Positions 53,120 through 64,000 of a stretch of 64,000 nucleotides of DNA are shown here, in pieces (positions within the stretch are counted from its first letter, which is position 1; each line of letters begins with the position of its first letter). The stretch spans positions 212,543,741 to 212,607,740 of the forward strand of contig CM041465.1 in assembly GCA_023213395.1 (NCBI GenBank). The letters run 5' to 3'. The notes below the pieces were generated by a model. It searched no databases. It was not told the origin of the DNA and saw only the letters and a list, made by a program, of their open reading frames with translations. Position numbers and translations under genes: made by a program. Origin of the DNA: Cycas panzhihuaensis. Lineage: Eukaryota; Plantae; Cycadophyta.

Positions 53120-54277
53120 ATGAACCATTACACCAAAACCTTGAGGTGTTAGTGAAGACCAACCAAGTGTAATAGATTTGTAGTTGAAAAAAGGCTTCAA
53201 AAACTTCCAATAGATAGATCTGCAATGTATTCTTCTCCAAAAAAACTAAATATGCTCCAGAGATTATAGATTTGTAGAAAACTTAAAAATATAGTAAAAA
53301 AATATGATGAAAAATATAGATCTGAAATGAAATACAATAGATCTAAACTAAATGTAGCAAAAAATACTAAAAAACTTGATAAAATAAGTAGATCTTAAGC
53401 TGAATAATGCAGATATAATGAAAGTATAGCAGATCTATAGCCAAATATTGTAGATCTATATAAATATACTAAAAAAAATGGTTAAATAACTACTAAAACA
53501 AGCATATCTAAAATGAAATATAGTAAATATGAAGTAAAAAATTATAGATCTTTGAAGAAAACTTGATAACTTTTGTATGCAGCTGATGCTCTTTTGCAAA
53601 TTTGTGAAAAATATCAGATAAGTAGATAAAAAAACTTGTAAACTGTCAAAATTATGATAAAACTGTAGATCTGAAGAGAAAATAATTTAAATATGAAAAA
53701 AACTTGAATATATATAACTTGCTACTGAAATAATAATGAAATATAAAATAAAATGTATAAAACTGAAGAAATATGGCTCAAATCTAAGAAACAACTTGAG
53801 CAAATATGGCTTGCTGCTGAAATCCTACGTAGATCTGCACAAATATGAAAACATATCTAAGAAATATTTGTTAAACCAGAGATATAGCTCAATAATAATA
53901 ATAAATCTGCTGAAATAATATATAAAACTTGCTGAAAATTTTTAGAAAACAAATATAGATAATATATCTTATTTGTAAGAAAATTTACCGTAGAATGCTA
54001 GTAAATCTTGTTGCTCTTCTTCAAAAAACTTCACCAATAGAAATGCAATAGCCCAAAATCTCGCTCTTTCGAAAAGCTTCACAGATCACTAATCGCCTGC
54101 TCTGATACCAAATGATAGAAAAATATTTTGCAAGAGAACATGACAGAACATGTAATAGAATCACATAGATCAATATTGCAACAATACATCAATGTATCAT
54201 AATCACAATAGCATAAACCATGAAAGAATTATTGTTCAATCCATTGTAGGAGAAAAGAGTAATACAAATTTCCAATA
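53120..54277 (-). mobile_element. Truncated LTR-element fragment K (5' LTR, PBS and repetitive leader)
   Basis: Perfect minus-strand PBS gctctgatacca 54099-54110; candidate LTR 54113-54277 (tgatag...tccaata); A-rich interior with repeated AGATCT. Confidence 0.6.
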
Positions 54278-55099
54278 AGGAGGTGGTGTAGGAGTTTCAG
54301 ATCTGCTTGTTTCTGATCCCTAGATTTAGAAGTGCTTGCTTGAGCATATGGGCATATACTTGTCTTAGTGGCAACAACATATTTAAATGATTTATTAGAT
54401 GCCTTCTTCTCTTCAACAACCATTAACATGGCACTTAATTGTTCTATTTTGAGGGTGCTCAAGTCTTTGGATACTTCAATATTAGTTGTAACCATTTCAA
54501 AACTTGGTATGGCACTGACATATCGTAGAATCCTTTAAATAACTCTTTGTTCCGTTAAGGTCTCTCCAAGAGATCTCATATGATTAACTAGGTCTTGTAC
54601 CTTTATTATAAAGTCGGTAACTGATTCATTTGAATTTATCCTTAGGTTTTTAATTTTACTTCTAAGGGTTTGAGGCTTTGATGAAGTCACTCCTTCATAA
54701 ATCAGTTGTAAAGTATCCTATACTTGCTTTAATATGGTTACTTCACTCACTCTTAGAAATATTTTATTATCAATAGCACAAAACAATAATGCTAAAGATT
54801 CATTGTCTTTCTTGACCATTTCTTTGAATACCCTCTTTTTTTCATTTGTGGCTTGGTCACCTAGATCTGTATAGACTGTTTGAACTATGTCCAATAATTC
54901 CTTTAACATGAGGATAGATTTCATTTTTCTACTCCAAATTAGAAAATTTATCCCATTGAATACTGGAATAGTTATATTTCCTATGCTTGCTGCCATGCTA
55001 CTCAACTTGGGTTATGATAGTAATCCTTTAGTAAATAAAATAAGTTTATCCCACCAAGGTTTTGGTTAAATGAATAAAAATATTTTTCAAGTTTAACCC

Positions 55100-55580
55100 A
55101 AGGTTTTATAAGTGGACCTCGTCCCTAAATAAGGTTTGCTAGGCTCTAGGTTTATGCGTCTCATAGAGCAACCTTTAGTTGCTATTCTATCTAGTGGAGC
55201 CTACCCACAGATGGTAAAATAGGGACCCAATATACTAGTATGTGAACATTAGGCTCTATATACCTTAGTACATGTGCTATTAAGAAGGCTTTTACACCTC
55301 TTTAAATTGTTGAACCACCTACACTTGACTTATGCCTAGTGACAGATCTAGTGATAAAGGTTCTCAAACCAAGGTACTCACCCTCTCTAGGTTTAGACTT
55401 GGTCTCTAAACACCACAAATAGAAAAGGTTGTGCACCTTAGCCTACTATGAAATACACTTAATAACCAAAGGCTTTCTTCATCCAATATAAGTAGACCAA
55501 GTGGCGTGTGCGGGGTGGTAACTTCAGGGGTCCTAACCATTCCCCTTGTGAGGCTAAAAAAAAGGAGGTTCAATTCAGGT
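55100..55580 (-). promoter_or_regulatory. Conserved pre-gag module (copy in H)
   Basis: The reverse complement aligns over its full length to 35565-36030; lies ~110 nt upstream of the gag start. Confidence 0.6.
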
Positions 55581-58500
55581 AATTATCTGATTTAATGTTA
55601 GAAAACTTTATTATAGATAGTCTTGCTTACAAACAATATTCCTTTTAGAATAAAAAACTGAAATGAAACTTGAAAACAAAGACTAAAATCAAATTGCTTT
55701 CAATACTCAAATATCAATTCGAAAAAATAAAGTATGAAATATCTTTTTCAATGAAAGAATACTTTCAATTTCAAAAATAAAATTCCTTTTTTTGAAAATA
55801 TAAATGATTAATCTCATAATAAGGAAACTATGAGCAAATTTAAATCTATATTCACATCTTTAAACCAATCAAATGCCTTTTTTAAAAAAGAATAATTATT
55901 CAATATTCAAAGAAGTCTATATGCACTTTCCTTTCAAAATAAAGATCTATATTTATGAATGCCTTATTTATGCAATTTGAAAATAAGAAAAATGCTCTCC
56001 CCCTTTGAAGTATTAGATTCCTTTGTAAAAAAATAAGAACGTTTTCCTTTAAAGAATATGAAATAAAGATGAAAAAAAATTCTAAATGAAATCCAAGTGA
56101 TCTTGTTTAATCAAGTTTTGTAAGCAGGTTGTGTTGAGGATGGAGGGGGGTAATTATTCTTTAATAAACATAAATAAGTATAAATAGTCTCTTGATCAAG
56201 CATAAAAGGACTTTAAATAAGTTTTAGATTTGATAAAAGTGAAAAACATGACAAGAAATACCTGTTTATTGAATCAAATAAAAGAGAGGGTTCCTCTTGA
56301 TCTATAGGCCCAAAAGTAGACTAAGTGAGATGCAAAATAGAATAAAAACTCAATAAATACTAAAAAATCTTATTAATGATCAGTATTATATAAATATCAA
56401 GTGGAATATATTCAAAATTAGAAAGAAATTTGGCTAAAAAATATTAAAGAATGTCTAACTAGGACTTAAATGAAACCTTAACTTTAGGAGCTTTGAGTAC
56501 TTATAAAAAAAGGTCAAAATGAGATAAAACCAACTTTAATATATAGATTTATGAAATATATTTCAAATGATTCAAATAGTTTGTAGATCAGAGCTACGAT
56601 GCTGAAGATATTAACAAAACTATGAAAAAAACTCTTCTAAGGTTAATGAAATAAAGAATAACCACAAGGTCAAATTTGACCTAATCAAACCCTATCAAAA
56701 ATGAGTCAAATTAAATAAATAATAACTTCAAGATGTAGATCTATGAAATACAAACCCAAAAAATCTAACTATTTGGAAATTTGACTCCTGGTTGAAGAGA
56801 TATAATAGAAAAAGTAAATAGTCCTCTCTTATGCAAATACCTTAAAAAGATCTAGAGTGCCACTTTTATCGATTAAGAAAATAATCAAATCAACACCAAC
56901 AAATAAAAATAAGTAGTCAATAATAAAGTCTGTTAAAAAGAAATTACAAAAAAATTGATCTGGGCAAAATATGATATCCCAATGATAAGATATTGCCTAA
57001 CAAAGAAGGGATTTTATCAAAAAAATGATAAAATATAAATAAAAGAGACTTTAATTGATTAAAAACAAGTTAGATTGACTTCAAAGGTAGCAAATAACCA
57101 GTCAAAACCATAGCCCACAAAATTTTAGACTCAACAGAACTGGTTTCATTAGAAACTGAGATCCTAGTGAAAAGATATTATGAAAATAAACCAGGTACCC
57201 TATGTATTTGAAAAAAATTTAAAAAAATAAAAGGAAAAGTTTGATAACCTTAAGATAACCCCTTTTAATAATGAGTTGAAGGTCACATTAACTTGATATG
57301 ACTGGGGGCTAAGCTATTAAGGGGGTTTAAGCTTTTTTAAACCATGGAATTGAAGATTTATAGAATAGAATTTTATTAACATAAACTTTATAAAAATAAA
57401 TAAAGTAATGTTAAATAAAAAAAAAATGTTGTAATGGCAGGTTTGAATGGTAGCCTACGAGAGAGTACAGTGAGAAAAGAAGATGAAAAATACTTGTTTA
57501 GACTATACATATGAGGTTCCAACAGTACATAGGGGGCGCCTGAGCAAGAACATGGTAGATATCTATGATGAAAAAATAGTGTAAAATGATTAAAACATGA
57601 TAAACTAAAACCGAGGCTGGATCTCACCAATGGAGAGACAATTTTTCACAAAAATATAATGGGTGAAGATACCCGTAACTAGAAATATAAAATTAAGTTA
57701 CAACTTAAGTATATAATGTTACATGAAGGTGTCATTATATTTTAACAATCATTAGTATTTATTTTAAGAAGGCCATGCTCTATTTTTAATTTATAGATTA
57801 ACTAAAGATTATAACAATTCAAATGTCTCATTCATTTATGTTATAACTTTTGTTTTCAAGAAGTAACAAGGAATGCTCTTTGTACTTAAGAGAGTTCTTA
57901 TAGCCTATATAAATTCTTATCTCTAATCCCTTTAGCTACAACCTTATTCTATTTGTCTTAGACCATGCATTGTTCTTGACCAAATATTACAATTATATTT
58001 TGTTATTCAATTTCACTTATTGAAATAAGATTGAGCTTCATATTAGGCATATATAATACATTCTCCAAGTAATGTCTTGTCTATTTGGCACTACAAATGA
58101 AACATTTCAAACTCTAACTTCTTTAAGATTAGTGTCATCTCCTATGGTGATTTTTTGATTCTCTTCTTATGTCCTATATAACTATTCATGTTTACTAGTC
58201 ATATGTCTTGATGTACCATAATCAATAAACCAGACTTTATATGCATGATACCTCATCTTATACATAATAACAAAGAGTTTCTTTGCTATCTCAATAGGTG
58301 TATTTCCTACTGCATTTATAGCATATTCTTTCCACCCAAAATATAATGTTATTTTTGTTGTTACCACTACTATTGAGATTGCCACTATCGTTATTCGTAA
58401 TGCTACTATTACTGTCATTCTTAATAGTCATGTTCCCTAACTTTTTATAATGAAAGCACTTTGGCCTCTACTATCCCTTCTAATTGCTTGATTTTTTCTT

Positions 58501-58792
58501 TTGACTAGTGCATTCAAAACAAGTGTTCTTATTTGGAATGTAAGGCTTCTTACCTTTCAACATAGATTCCAATGCTCCATATGAGTCCTCATGCAAGTTC
58601 TTCATCTTCTACTTGTGTTACATAAGTAATTATTCTAAGGAATTGAATGTTAAAGTGGATAATTTCTTAGATAAAGTTAAAGTGATTATGAAATTATCAT
58701 ATGGAGTTAGTAGACTCCATAAGATGTAAGCTATAGTCTCTAAATTAGGCATGGTCTCTCTAATCATTATCAACTAATCCTAAATAGAGTTT

Positions 58793-61700
58793 ACTCTCTG
58801 ATTTTATGGAATGATCAAAGGAACTCTAGTGGCAATCTTAGAAGATAGTGGGAGCACCCATAATTTTATCAATAAAACCACAACAAAGAAATTTGGATTA
58901 GTGATATAATCATTAATACTTTTCAAGTTTCTATCACAAATGGGAAAACAACACCACAAGGAGGATATTACAAGTCAACAAAGTTACAAATTTATGAATA
59001 CTCAATAACCACCTACATGTTAGCAATGTCAATAGGAGAAGTTGATGCAGTCCTAGGCATTCAATGGTTACAGATCTTAGGAAGCATAGTCACTAATTAC
59101 ATGACATGATTCATATATTTCTATCAAAGCAAATTTAAATATAGATTACAAGCACCTATCTTCATGTTATCTATAGAAAATACTAAAGACAAATTCATCA
59201 GTATTCATACTAACATGCTATAAAATAGCAATTGAAGATGTACCTTCAAAAGTATAAGTAATTATAGAGGAAGATAGTACAGTATTTGAGGAACCACAAG
59301 GGCTTCCTCCAAAATGTGACTATCAACATGTAATTGAGTTAGTACTAGGAGCAATGCTAGTGAATATATAACCATACAGGCATCCATACCATCTGAGGAA
59401 AGTAATTAAAAAAATCACTTGGGAACTCCTACTCTAAGGATAGATCATAAATAGTATAAGTCCATTTCATTCCCAATGGTGGTAAATCCAAAGAAGGATG
59501 GATTATACAAAATGTTTATAGATTATCAGGGACTAAATAAACTAACAATAAAGAACCATTACACAATCCCTGAGATAGATGATTTACTCAATGAAATCCA
59601 TAGAACAAGATACATTTCTAGAATTGACTTATGATCTAGATACTATTAAATATGTATCAAAGAGGAGGATATGTACAAAACAACATTTTGCATCCATGAG
59701 GGATTATTCAAGTTCAAGGTCATTCCCTTTAGATTAATAAATGCTCTAGTAACATTCCAAAGCACCATGAACTCCATATTCAAATAATTCTTGTGAAAGT
59801 TCATACTAGTCTTTTTTGATGATATTCTGATATATAACAAAACATGGAAAGAATATCTAGACCATATAAAAATAGTTTTATAAAATTTAAAGGAAAATCA
59901 ATCTTATATACAAATAAAGAAATGTATATTAAAAAAGGAATCACTCAAATATTTGGGCCATATTATCAAAAAGGATGGCATTAAGATAGACCCTAGGAAG
60001 ATTCAAGTCATTGTCAATTGGCTAAAGTTGAAGAATGTGACTGGCATTAGAGGTTTTTTAGGAGTAGTAGGGTTCCTTCAAAATTTCATTAAGGGATATG
60101 CCCATATCATATCCCCCTTAATTAATGTTATGAACAAGGATACTTTTAGATTGAATTTTTTGGAAGAAGAAGCATTCCAAGCACTTAAGAAAGCTATGGT
60201 TACAACACTGATCTTAGCAACACCAGATTTCTCCCAACCATTTATCTTGGAATATGACACTTTAGGGTTTGGAATAGGGCAATCCTAATACAAGAAGAGT
60301 GATCAATAGCATATGAGAGTAGGAAACTAAATAATAGAGAGAAGCTTAAACTAATATATAATAAAGAAATGCTATTAATCATGCACATTATCTAATAATG
60401 GTGACAATATCTATTAGAAAATAAATTTACATTTAGGATAGATCACGATAGTCTATTGAATAACAAAAATGGATAAGCAAGCTATAGACTTTTGACTTTA
60501 ATATCATATACAAATGAGGGAAAGAGAATGTCATAGTAGATACATTGTCAAGAATACTAGAAGAGAATGATAGGAAGATATCCTTCAAAATAATAATAGT
60601 AGCCACCTCTAATTAGATTCAAGAATTAGTTAAAGAATATATGAGACCAAAATACTTTAAGGTTTGAAACACTAGGGGACCTAATTCTATAGAAAGGTAC
60701 AATATTCATTACAAATACATATAAAATAAAAACGAATCTATTTAGAAGAAGCCCATTTGACACCTATAGTAGGGCACACAAGAATAGATAAAACATATCA
60801 AAAGTTACAAAACTCTTTCTATTGGACAGGAATGAAAGTGGACACCTTTAAAATAGTACTAGAATATGACACCTACCAATGCAACAAAAGTGAATGCATA
60901 AAGAGCCAAGGTTTACTAAAACCCTTACATATCCCACATTAAAAATAGGAAGAAATTTCTATGGACTTTATCACAAGACTTCCTTGATTAGAAGAAAAAG
61001 ATGCCATTTTTGTAGTTGTGGACAAACTCAACAAATACACATATTTTAGGGGTACATAAATAACAATAAAATCAAGTCAAATGATTGAGGTATATATGAA
61101 AGAGATACATCACTTATATGGGTTTCCCAAAATCATAATTAGTGATCGAGCCTTAAAATTCACAAGCCACTTTTGGCAAGATCTATTTAAATTAGTAGGA
61201 ACAAAGCTAAACATGAGTATAGCTTATCACCCATAGATAGATGGATAGACAAAAGTAGTAAATAAATGCCTAGAGGGATACCCATAAAAATTTTCATTAG
61301 ATAAATAAAATCAATGGCATAAATGGATTTACTTAGTAGAATAGTGGCATAATACTACCTACCATATGATAATAAGGATGATACTATTCCAAGCCCTATA
61401 TAGATATGAACCTCCATCTATACTTAATTAGGAAAAAGTATCATAATTACAATTTGTCTGTGAACAACAAGTGCTAGTAGAACTTAGACACTGTGAGAAA
61501 TTGAATGAAGTAACAAGCTGGCATAATAAGGTTAGAACAAAATTTTGAAATAGGGGATTGGATCTCTCCTAAGGTTTTAATGCTACAAACAAGTATTGAT
61601 GCAATAGGTAAATAAACAATAACTGTTACCATGATTTTGCAATCCATATTAAGTTAGTGAAATAATTGGGTAAGTAATCTATTGATTAATACTACTACCA

Positions 61701-62456
61701 GGAAGCAAAATCCACAATGTTGTTTATGTATCATGTCTTAGGAAGAAAATAGAGGAAAAAATAACACCCCAAATGACAATCCCTAAGCTTGATAAATAAG
61801 GGAAAATGATCATTGAACCATAAGGGAATCTATAGATATGGACAAGAGAATGACAATCTAGGAAAGTTAAAGAATACCTCATAACATGGAAAACACTATA
61901 TTTAGAAGTTATAACTTAGGAGTTTGAAGAATGGATTCAATAACATCAAAAATTACCCATGTTTTGAGGGTAAAGTATGCTTTTGAGGGGAGGGACTTAT
62001 TGCAATCCAAAACACCTTCTAGTTAGATGATTTTTATTCTAGTATTCTGGCTGACTTATATACAACCTTAATGTTTAATATTTATTTGGTTCTATCCAAC
62101 TTCCATAAGGAGATATTAGATGGCTATATATAGAATTCTAGAGCCTCATTCTTAAGCATCTTAGTGATCTACATCTTGGTATTTACTTGGCCCTAAAGCT
62201 GTAAATTACTTGATCCTTTTAAGTAGATGCTTTTAGAGGTTTCCTCACCTTAAAAAGGGAAGTTTATTTTATTAATTTAGCTTGTATACTTATTACTTTT
62301 TAGCTTAGTTTTTTAAGGAAATATCTTCTCAACTATAATATTTTTGGTACATTATTAGCATTACTCATCACTACCATTTAATATCATTTCTAGCAGAGTT
62401 GTTATTTTTCAAGATATTTCCTAGGAAATTTTGAGACATGCAAAGTTGTCACTTCA
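58793..62456 (+). mobile_element. Duplicate copy of Gypsy E from protease to 3' LTR
   Basis: Collinear with 21452-25141; RT/RH ORF 59953-60288; integrase ORF 60757-60942; 3' LTR 61998-62456. Confidence 0.92.
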
Positions 62457-62879
62457 TAAATTAATATAAAGTATTAGAAAATTAAATAGTGAAAACCACT
62501 TGATAAACCTAAAATTAAAGGTAGCATTTACAAAAGGATCATTTTAGACTTAAGAAAAATGTATACTAGTATTAGTTGTCTTTGTGTAAAATCATATTTG
62601 GTCTTTGGTAGGTCACAAGATATAGGGGGCCGATTAATTTTAATTCAGAAAGTATTGCTTGAATCTAACCAAAAATATTATTGGGCAATGTTCCCTTTGT
62701 CAATGAAGGATCTTTACCTATAATGCATAACATTAGGTTGCAACCTTTAAAATAGATTTAAGAAAGTTCTTGAACCAGGTGGATCCAAGGCCATAAAGGG
62801 TAGCCCTTTTTGAAAATGATGCTTCAAGATCTAACATATTAGTCTTCCTATCAAAAGACCACTCATGGCATGACTACTT

Positions 62880-64000
62880 ATTTTAGTCTTTTTTGAATGA
62901 AATGAGGTATTATATTGGAAAGGAAAAATTAAAATTGCATATTTAAAAAGGTTGCTTAAGGAAAATACTAATGCTTGAAAGCACAAGGGCATATCTTGGG
63001 TTAAAAAACTATACACACTAAAGTTTTTACTTCTTCTTAAGTGGCTAGGAGGTGGGCACATGCTTAACAATATTATAATCTTCTTCTTCAATAAGGGTAG
63101 GAGATGGTACTAGGTTCACATCAAAAATCATGTTATGCTGCCATTCCTCCTAAGTAGTGTACGGGTGCCTAAAAAGTGGATCTAAAGGAAGATGAGCAAA
63201 GAATGTAGTGAAATAAGAGGAGAGCTAGTGGAGGCTTAAGCCCATCTACCAATCATAGGGCATCTACCATTGTCTTTACTTGGTAAAATGATAACCCTAG
63301 AAGTCCCAGCTTTGTCCTCTATATCAATGAAGCCTGAAATGCTATTTAAGTGTTGTTTGAGCATCCTGGGAACCATAGCATTAACATTTAGTGTAGCATA
63401 CATCTAAAACACTAAAGATAGTGTTAAAACAAATTAAGAATGAATATGATCTAGCGATAATTATTTTTGAAAATGTCATGGTTTTGAACTTTCCATAGGC
63501 ATCACATAACCTTTGTATGAAGTATATGCCATGCATTATGGAAAATCTTGTCAAAAGCATTAAAATTTCCAAAAACAATAATAGAAAGTTCAAAGAATGA
63601 AATTTGAATAATAGAGGTGTGAGTTTGGATTTTAGATCAAATTTGGTAAGCATAAGAATGAGACCAAAAGATATGAAAAATAGATTCATGTTGCAGGAAA
63701 AAGCATTAGTGTGTTGAAATTTTAAGTTTTTCTAATCCACCATTAACCATTAAATGATTATGTAAAATGAGCCAAAGAAATAAACTCTTCTTGAATGCCA
63801 CTTTGATATACTAGAGGAAATGCACTTGCATATCTCATAGTTCTAAGGAATCACAACTATTATAATATTATTTTAATCAAGCTTCCAAATCTAATTTTAA
63901 GAGAAATAAAGTGTACATTTTCCTAACTTAAAAAATGAATGAATGACATTATAGAATCTTAGAACTGCTTGGCCCACTAAGAAGGAGAGGCAAGGACATA
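62880..64000 (-). mobile_element. Duplicate copy of the LINE 3' end
   Basis: Collinear with 25566-26710. Confidence 0.85.

Larger units (their letters stand above)
49315..55005 (-). pseudogene. Disrupted gag-pol of Copia H (gag interrupted at 52804-54277)
   Basis: RT GLYIDDL (ORF 49969-50265); integrase with YTPQQNGVAERKNRTIVE (51390-52019, the longest ORF in the window); protease region 52027-52430; gag ORFs 54229-54495 and 54718-55005 (IPVFNGINFLIWS..KDNESLAL). Confidence 0.92.
48959..57650 (-). mobile_element. Ty1/Copia element H (same family as G); 5' LTR deleted
   Basis: 3' LTR 48959-49296 is homologous to the G LTRs; PPT 49297-49306; leader 55600-57650 is homologous to the G leader; fused to the partial I LTR at ~57654. 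Confidence 0.88.
42499..57747 (-). mobile_element. Ty1/Copia element I nested in F and itself interrupted by H
   Basis: 3' LTR 42499-42782 plus PPT; partial 5' LTR ~57654-57747 matching ~42656-42782. RNase H/RT 42810-44300; integrase 44700-45420; protease WLIDSSATFHM ~46015-46045 and ORF 45672-45929; knuckle ~46260-46320. TSD not clean (ataca/atcat). Confidence 0.8.
29805..58792 (-). mobile_element. Ty1/Copia element F in three pieces (29805-31140, 40779-42498, 57748-58792), lacking its 5' end
   Basis: 3' LTR ~29805-30112 (left edge uncertain) and PPT 30113-30123. RNase H/RT at 30150-31140 continues at 40779 across the G TSD. Integrase 41700-42330; protease WFIDYGTSRHMT (ORF 58182-58418); gag to ~58790. 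Confidence 0.78.
58793..64000 (+). repeat. Segmental duplicate of ~21452-26710 (Gypsy, flank and LINE 3' end), running off the window
   Basis: Homology continues past the LTR end (62457-64000 matches 25142-26710). Confidence 0.93.

Noticed and set aside
19590-62456. Two independent insertions of the same Gypsy family
   Set aside because: The identical downstream flank and shared inactivating mutations show duplication of one insertion.
1-64000. Intact host genes, env-like ORFs, rRNA or CRISPR arrays
   Set aside because: The longest ORF is a 209-aa integrase fragment. All recognisable peptides are retroelement-derived, and no regular repeat-spacer array or rRNA similarity was seen.

Overview
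This is AT-rich eukaryotic DNA, by inference from a large-genome land plant such as a gymnosperm or fern. It contains no intact host gene and is almost entirely old, nested, frameshifted and stop-riddled retrotransposons. Left to right: internally deleted Copia remnant A (+, to 1312); truncated Copia B (-, 1326-5027); an unassigned stretch with a SINE-like piece and a degenerate telomere-like tract (6830-7340); full-length Copia C (-, 7798-19425, TSD attac/attat) with the near non-coding LTR element D (+, 14733-19181, TSD ctctc) inside its 5' LTR; Ty3/Gypsy chromovirus E (+, 19590-25141, TSD gaaat); an L1-type LINE (-, ~25566-29804); and Copia F (-). F is interrupted by Copia G (+, 31141-40773, TSD ttctc, carrying a solo LTR) and Copia I (-). 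I contains Copia H (-, same family as G), and H contains a 312-bp TRIM and fragment K. The last 5.2 kb (58793-64000) is a segmental duplicate of part of E plus its flank and the LINE tail. The most interesting signals are three. (1) A ~450-nt conserved, self-complementary non-coding module sits just upstream of gag in three Copia copies with two different LTR types. (2) In the tiny TRIM, the LTR end, PBS and next bases form a tRNA-gene-like A-box/B-box arrangement. (3) The ~37.3-kb-offset duplication happened after E had begun to decay. All alignments were done by eye, and internal domain boundaries are approximate.
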